Source: Octopus sinensis
Lineage: Eukaryota
Assembly: GCF_006345805.1 (NCBI RefSeq)
Contig: NW_021832844.1
Location: 62,001-126,000, forward strand
Direction: 5' to 3'
DNA length: 64,000 nt
Shown here piece by piece: positions 59,172-64,000 of this stretch. The notes under the pieces are model-generated. The model was not told where the DNA came from, did no database searches, and saw only the letters and a list, made by a program, of their open reading frames with translations. Position numbers and translations under genes: made by a program. Numbering within the stretch: position 1 is the stretch's first letter; every line of letters starts with the position of its first letter.

Positions 59172-62100
59172 TCAGTTTTTCAGTCACGGGTGCAAGTAGT
59201 TCGTCCCTGAGGGCGACGAAGTGCAGTGTAGCAGATATGCTACATTGCAACATGGCTGAGGCCAAGAAGATCCTTGGCGAGGAACCGATATGATGCTCAA
59301 CATTATATCGGTGAACGCGCGCTCCTTATCCGGTAAAGGAGACGCGGTTCAGAGGATGTTGGCCACCACGAGTGCGGACATTCTGGTGGTCAACGAAACG
59401 AAGGTAAAGGGGGGTCCGTACGTAGTTGATGGCTACAACTGTTTTCACATACCCTGGAAACAGGGGTCAATATTGGCACGGGAACTAGCCTCTTCTACAA
59501 GCCGTACCTCGCCTTGCAAAGTTCAGGTTTATGTTCTTGTAGCCTATGCGAATTCCTTCAAGTAAGGATTCGTATAGGTAACCTTACATTTCCCTAGGGG
59601 CGATGTATTCGAAGAACTTTACGGCGTGTTCCTGGCACGTACGGGAGTTCTTTGGAAAGCATCCGAAGGCGATGGTTGTTGGAGACCTGAATGCCAAGCA
59701 CATAGAGCTTGGTTTCAGGTAACCAACGCGCATGGTTTGGCTCTGAAGACGCTGGTTGAAGACCTCGGGCTGGAAATCCGGACTTCAAGTGAGCCAAACC
59801 ACATCGATTCGCGAGCGGACTAGACTGGCTAGGGCTTGCTCTGGTCAGTCCTGGAATGCTAAATTGGGTTAGTAAAACAATTTTATTGCCCGATATTGGA
59901 AGCGACCATCTGCCTCTATTGCACGAACTCCGCGAGCCAGTCCCTCAAAGGGTTCCGGGATACTTCGACCTCCGGTCGGGTTCTTGGGCCAACCTGGAGA
60001 GGTTCATGGCCAGCAGGTTGCCCTCACTTCTGGTGGGGATACCTGTGCCAATATACGTGAGTTGGAGGCGTTAGATAATGGAATCAATGCTGCCCTGACT
60101 GATTATATGCGAGATATTTCAAACAAAACTCAGTGCAGGGTCAGTCACATCCCACGCTCCCGTACCGGATCTTAATAAAATTAAGTTTAAGCGCCGGCTA
60201 TCCAGACTACGGGACAAATGCGTTTACGAGGAGAACCGTGTTTGGTTTCGTGGCTGGATTAGCCGGCTTCAGAGGGAGATCAGAAGAGAAATCCGCGAAC
60301 TTGAAAGTTCACGGTGGGAGCGAGCCTGCAGACGCGTAGACGCCCGCTTCCCGGACTTCTGGAAGCAGTTGAAGAGCCTGTCGGAGAGAAGGGGGGCTAA
60401 GTCAGTGCGCCTTAAACGCTCTGATGGAACCCTCGCTTCGGACCCGGTTGAGGTGGCTGAAATATTTCGACCCACCTCGATAACATCTCTGGAACTGACG
60501 GAAGTCAGTTCGTGGAGACATCGTCCTTTGATACTGTCCAGCAGATATTGTCGTGGGACAAGCGCTGCCAGCTGGGCAATCAAGGAACGATGCAGGCGAT
60601 ATTTCCGAAGCGGAGATTCTGGCAGCGATCTCCCGAAGTAAGAACACTGCGGCGGGTCTGGATCGGATCCCTATGGCCATCTTTAAGAAGGCCCCGCCGT
60701 TGTTGATCACCGCCTTACAGGTCTTGTTTAGCGGGAGCTTGCGACTTGGGATGATTCCCTCTAGATGGAAAGTGGCTGAGGTAATCCCTATCGGAAAACC
60801 CAGGATGCCACATGATGTCCCTGGGGGATACAGACCTATTTCCTTGCTTCCCGCTGTATCTTGGCTGAAGAGTATGCCCTGGATACTGGAATTCAGCCGT
60901 CGTGGGTTCGAATCCAGAAGAGGCTACTTTGGAGTCGGGGTTAATCTCGTCGAAGTTCCTTTGCCCGTGAGGTGACGAGTACATCTGGCACGACACAGTA
61001 TGTCAAAAAGGGATCTCCTTCCTATCCGCCTTAGAAAGGCGTTACGTGGTCCACCAAATTCACTTGGAGATTTCGACTGGATTTGGAAACGCCGAGGGGG
61101 CACCTAATGCTCACCGAAAAAGACACAATAGCTCTCCTACCCCCTGGGACATCGTCGTCGCAGGACGATGCACTTTGCATAGGATTGAACCTTTCCGGAG
61201 GATCTCCGTCGAAGTGCGTCGGGATCACACGCTAATTAGTTTGGTCTTAACTGTGGTCTTGGTGTTTAATAAATAAAAAATCTAAAATTTTAGAAAGGAT
61301 CATGCACCGAAGGCTCCTGGAGGAGCTGACGGTGGTTGATGCCCTCCCTGAGTTCCAATGGGGCTTCAGGGAGGGTCGTTCGTGTGGAGACTGCCTATGG
61401 AAGGTGTCTTCTGAGATGAAGTGCGCCCTCCAGAAGAAGAATTCGGTATGCTAGTTAGTCTTGACATTGAAAAGGCCTTCGACTCGGTGTGGCACGACGG
61501 CCTCCGGAGCTCCCTCGCCACGTGTGGGGTTCTCCGTGTCTAAGGCGCTGGCTGTCGGGGTTCCTTGAATCTCGCGGACAGGTCGTGCGGCATCAGGGGG
61601 TCTTTTCTAAAGTCAGAACAGTCCTTCGCGGGGTCCCTCAGGGCTCTGTGCTGAGTCCCACGCTTTTTAATGTCTTTATGACATCTGCGCCCATGCCAGT
61701 CAATGCTCGTACTGAAATGGTAATTTATGCAGACGACATCATCCTCTGGGATCACTCGATGAAACCTGAGTGTGCGTGTCGTAGGCTACAGGTTGCTGTG
61801 GATGGACTTGTAAACTGGTGTGGGAGTAGGGGTCTAAAGATGCGTGCGGATAAGTGCAGTGTTCTCAAAGTCTGTAAAAGGACGAGGGGTTACACTAATT
61901 ACGCTCCTAGGTTATTGCTGAACGGGTCAGCAATTGCTGCAGTTGATCAGATGACTTATTTGGGCGTGCTCTTTAAGCCGTCCGGTAAGTTTGATGATCA
62001 CATTGCACGTACGAAAATGCGTGCAATGCAGCGATTAGGCGCGTTGCGTGCTTTCCGGCTGCGGAGAGGTGCTTGGCTACGTGTGTTTAACGCCATGGTG

Positions 62101-62426
62101 TTACCCGTGTTGACCTATGGCGTACATGCTTGGCACTTCTGTGAGGACCGAGAGAAGTACGTTGACGCGCTCAAGAAAGTCAGAAGACGAGCCATCCGGC
62201 TAGCCCATGGCTTAGGATGGCGAGTGGAGCTCACGGACACCCAGGAATTGTCCCTCAAAGGCCTCCCTGAGGTCTTAGAAAAGATAATGTCTGGGTGGCA
62301 GGTAAGACGGTAAGTCTTAGTTTGCGGCTGAGAGGCGAGCGTGTGTGCGGGACTGAAAAGGCAGAAATGCCGAAGGTCTTAATTATACCCTCACTAACAG
62401 CCTTTTATTTTAAAATAAATTTTTCC
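59172..62426 (+). mobile_element. APE-type Jockey/I-like LINE, frameshifted
   Basis: SVNARSL, VVNETK, GSDHLPL; AAGLDRI, YRPISLL, KAFDSVWH, GVPQGSVLSP, YADD. Confidence 0.9.
60862..61279 (+). mobile_element. Candidate tRNA-derived SINE inserted in the LINE RT
   Basis: Removing it restores LLPAVS|KILER; A-box-like TGGCTGAAG, B-box GGGTTCGAATCC, A-rich tail, apparent ATCT duplication. Confidence 0.65.
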
Positions 62427-63106
62427 TTTAAGTGTTTGTCATTTTATAATATTTATTTTGACAAAGTCGATTTTGAAATTGAATTCAAATATTTTTTTGA
62501 ATTTTTTTCTAAGTCCATAAGTGTAACGACCTAGGCTCGGTAACAACCTAGGCTCGTGACAAAATATTAGTTCTATAATAGCATATATAATAATTAATAC
62601 ACAATTATTAGTAAGTAACAATATTAAGCGTAAGTTTTTTTTAACTATATTTTTTTAACATCAAACAACAAAGTAAATAACTACAAGTACAAGCGTAAGT
62701 TTTTGATTTTTCATATTTAATTAATAAAATCATCAAAAATAGCTTGTCCGGTTTTCGGTGACGAGGGGTGTATGTCTTAAACAAATAGAATTCCCAGTTT
62801 CTCTTACTTTTTCTTGTATGTCATTAATTGAAATTTGCTGATTTGAAACTACTTTTTTAATCTGATTAGATATCATATCAAATATTGTCAGCCATCTATG
62901 ATATCATTATCAAAAAATATATAATAGCAAATTTTTTTCAAATTGAGATTCGTTTCAACAAATTCCAATCATATCCGTCTATAAATAAATTTAACTTTAT
63001 GTGCTCTATAATCAAAATGAAATCATGTAAAATCTGCGGAGCCAGAGCTAATGGAACAAACTATTCTGTCAGAAGTTGTCACGGGTGCAAAAATTTTTTT
63101 CAGTAT
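62427..63106 (+). repeat. 680-bp direct duplication (empty-site copy of 55404-59171)
   Basis: Equals 55404-55456 + 55729-55740 + 57621-57804 + 58748-59171 apart from a 7-nt indel. Confidence 0.95.
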
Positions 63107-63970
63107 ATTCTTGTATAATTTATTATTAGAAGATGCATCAACAATAAATATATGTTCTTTTGCAGCTTTGAGGGAAATTGCATTTTAACATACAAAACAA
63201 GAAATAATTGCAGATTTTGTAGGCTAAAAAATGTTTAGACATGGGAATGACAAAAAATGGTTATTCAATTTATTAACTTTAGAAATTAAAAATACATTTT
63301 CAATATCTTATGAGGTACAGATATTTCCAAGCCAGTTTATTACGTACGAAACTGAACTGCAAGTTGAATTATTCATAAAATTGTTAGAAATATTTCGATT
63401 TTAACTGCTTAAATTGCTTTTTAATGAGAACTTGGTTAAGCCAAATTAGAAAAAATTGTTTTCTAAATTTGACCAAAAAATGGATTGAAATTTTGGTTCA
63501 AAGTGAAAATCTGATCGCCCAGATTGTAGGATCATATTTAAAATTATTTTTAGGACGTCGAAATGGTCTCCAAGAATTATTTTCATTTCCATTTTTCTAA
63601 TTGCTGTTTGAGTCAAATTTCGAAAAATTCTTTCCCACAAACTCACGTTAATATGAATTGTAACGATGGTCCGATCTTAACCATACTGAAACAGTTTAAA
63701 GAATTGTATCAAGCTATTACTGATTTACATATTACGAAAGAAGAATATTTCTATTTAAAAATTATTTTATTTTTCAAATTTTGTAAATTTTTAATGATAT
63801 TCTTAGATTCAGACGAGGTGAATGATTGTGAGCCTATACTATTCAAATATCTTGCATTGTTAGAAAAAAATTGCATTTCACGGAAAAAATTAATCACAAA
63901 ACTTTTAATTTTGTTACCGGATTTCGAAAATCTTTCTTTAACATTTAAAAACTTTTTAATTCTCTATTAA
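63017..63970 (+). CDS. Nuclear hormone receptor (C4 zinc fingers plus LBD-like region)
   Basis: CKICGARANGTNYSVRSCHGCKNFF|RC..C..C..RNNCRFCRLK(K)CLDMGM; LBD-like LHITKEEYFYLKIILFF; one missing A at 63226-63231. Confidence 0.85.
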
Positions 63971-64000
63971 TTTTAAAAATTCTATTAATTTCAAAATTCT

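Overview
Eukaryotic (metazoan) genomic DNA from a very compact genome. Host genes are interrupted by GT-AG micro-introns of 21-29 nt (mode about 25-26) with almost no donor consensus. Together with Smad, a nuclear receptor and tektin, this suggests a dicyemid-like mesozoan (inference, not proven). The first ~31 kb is gene-dense: tetraspanin, RAD1, syntaxin-7/12, MRPL46, PDK1, RPB8, an RH-C1-DH-PH RhoGEF, tektin, a multi-pass membrane protein, VDAC, Smad, RMND5 and ICA1. The rest is mostly nested transposons around a tRNA-His, an SLC17 transporter and a nuclear receptor. The elements include about 10 CRE-type RT-RLE copies (one intact ORF), APE-type I/Jockey-like LINEs (one with a 2A peptide), RTE and R4-like LINEs, hAT and Tc1-like DNA transposons, and Ginger-like integrase elements carrying host-size micro-introns. 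The most notable observations are five. (1) Gene-scale flips of strand G/C skew, including one inside a single exon. (2) Intron-bearing Ginger elements with intron presence/absence differences. (3) A 680-bp duplication that shows filled and empty sites for three insertions. (4) Two twin-primed RTE inversions breaking at almost the same element position. (5) A candidate tRNA-head SINE and an unassigned structured ncRNA next to tRNA-His. Several single-base deletions, mostly at homopolymers, break essential genes and are most likely consensus errors. All calls are by eye; no database searches were run and many boundaries are approximate.
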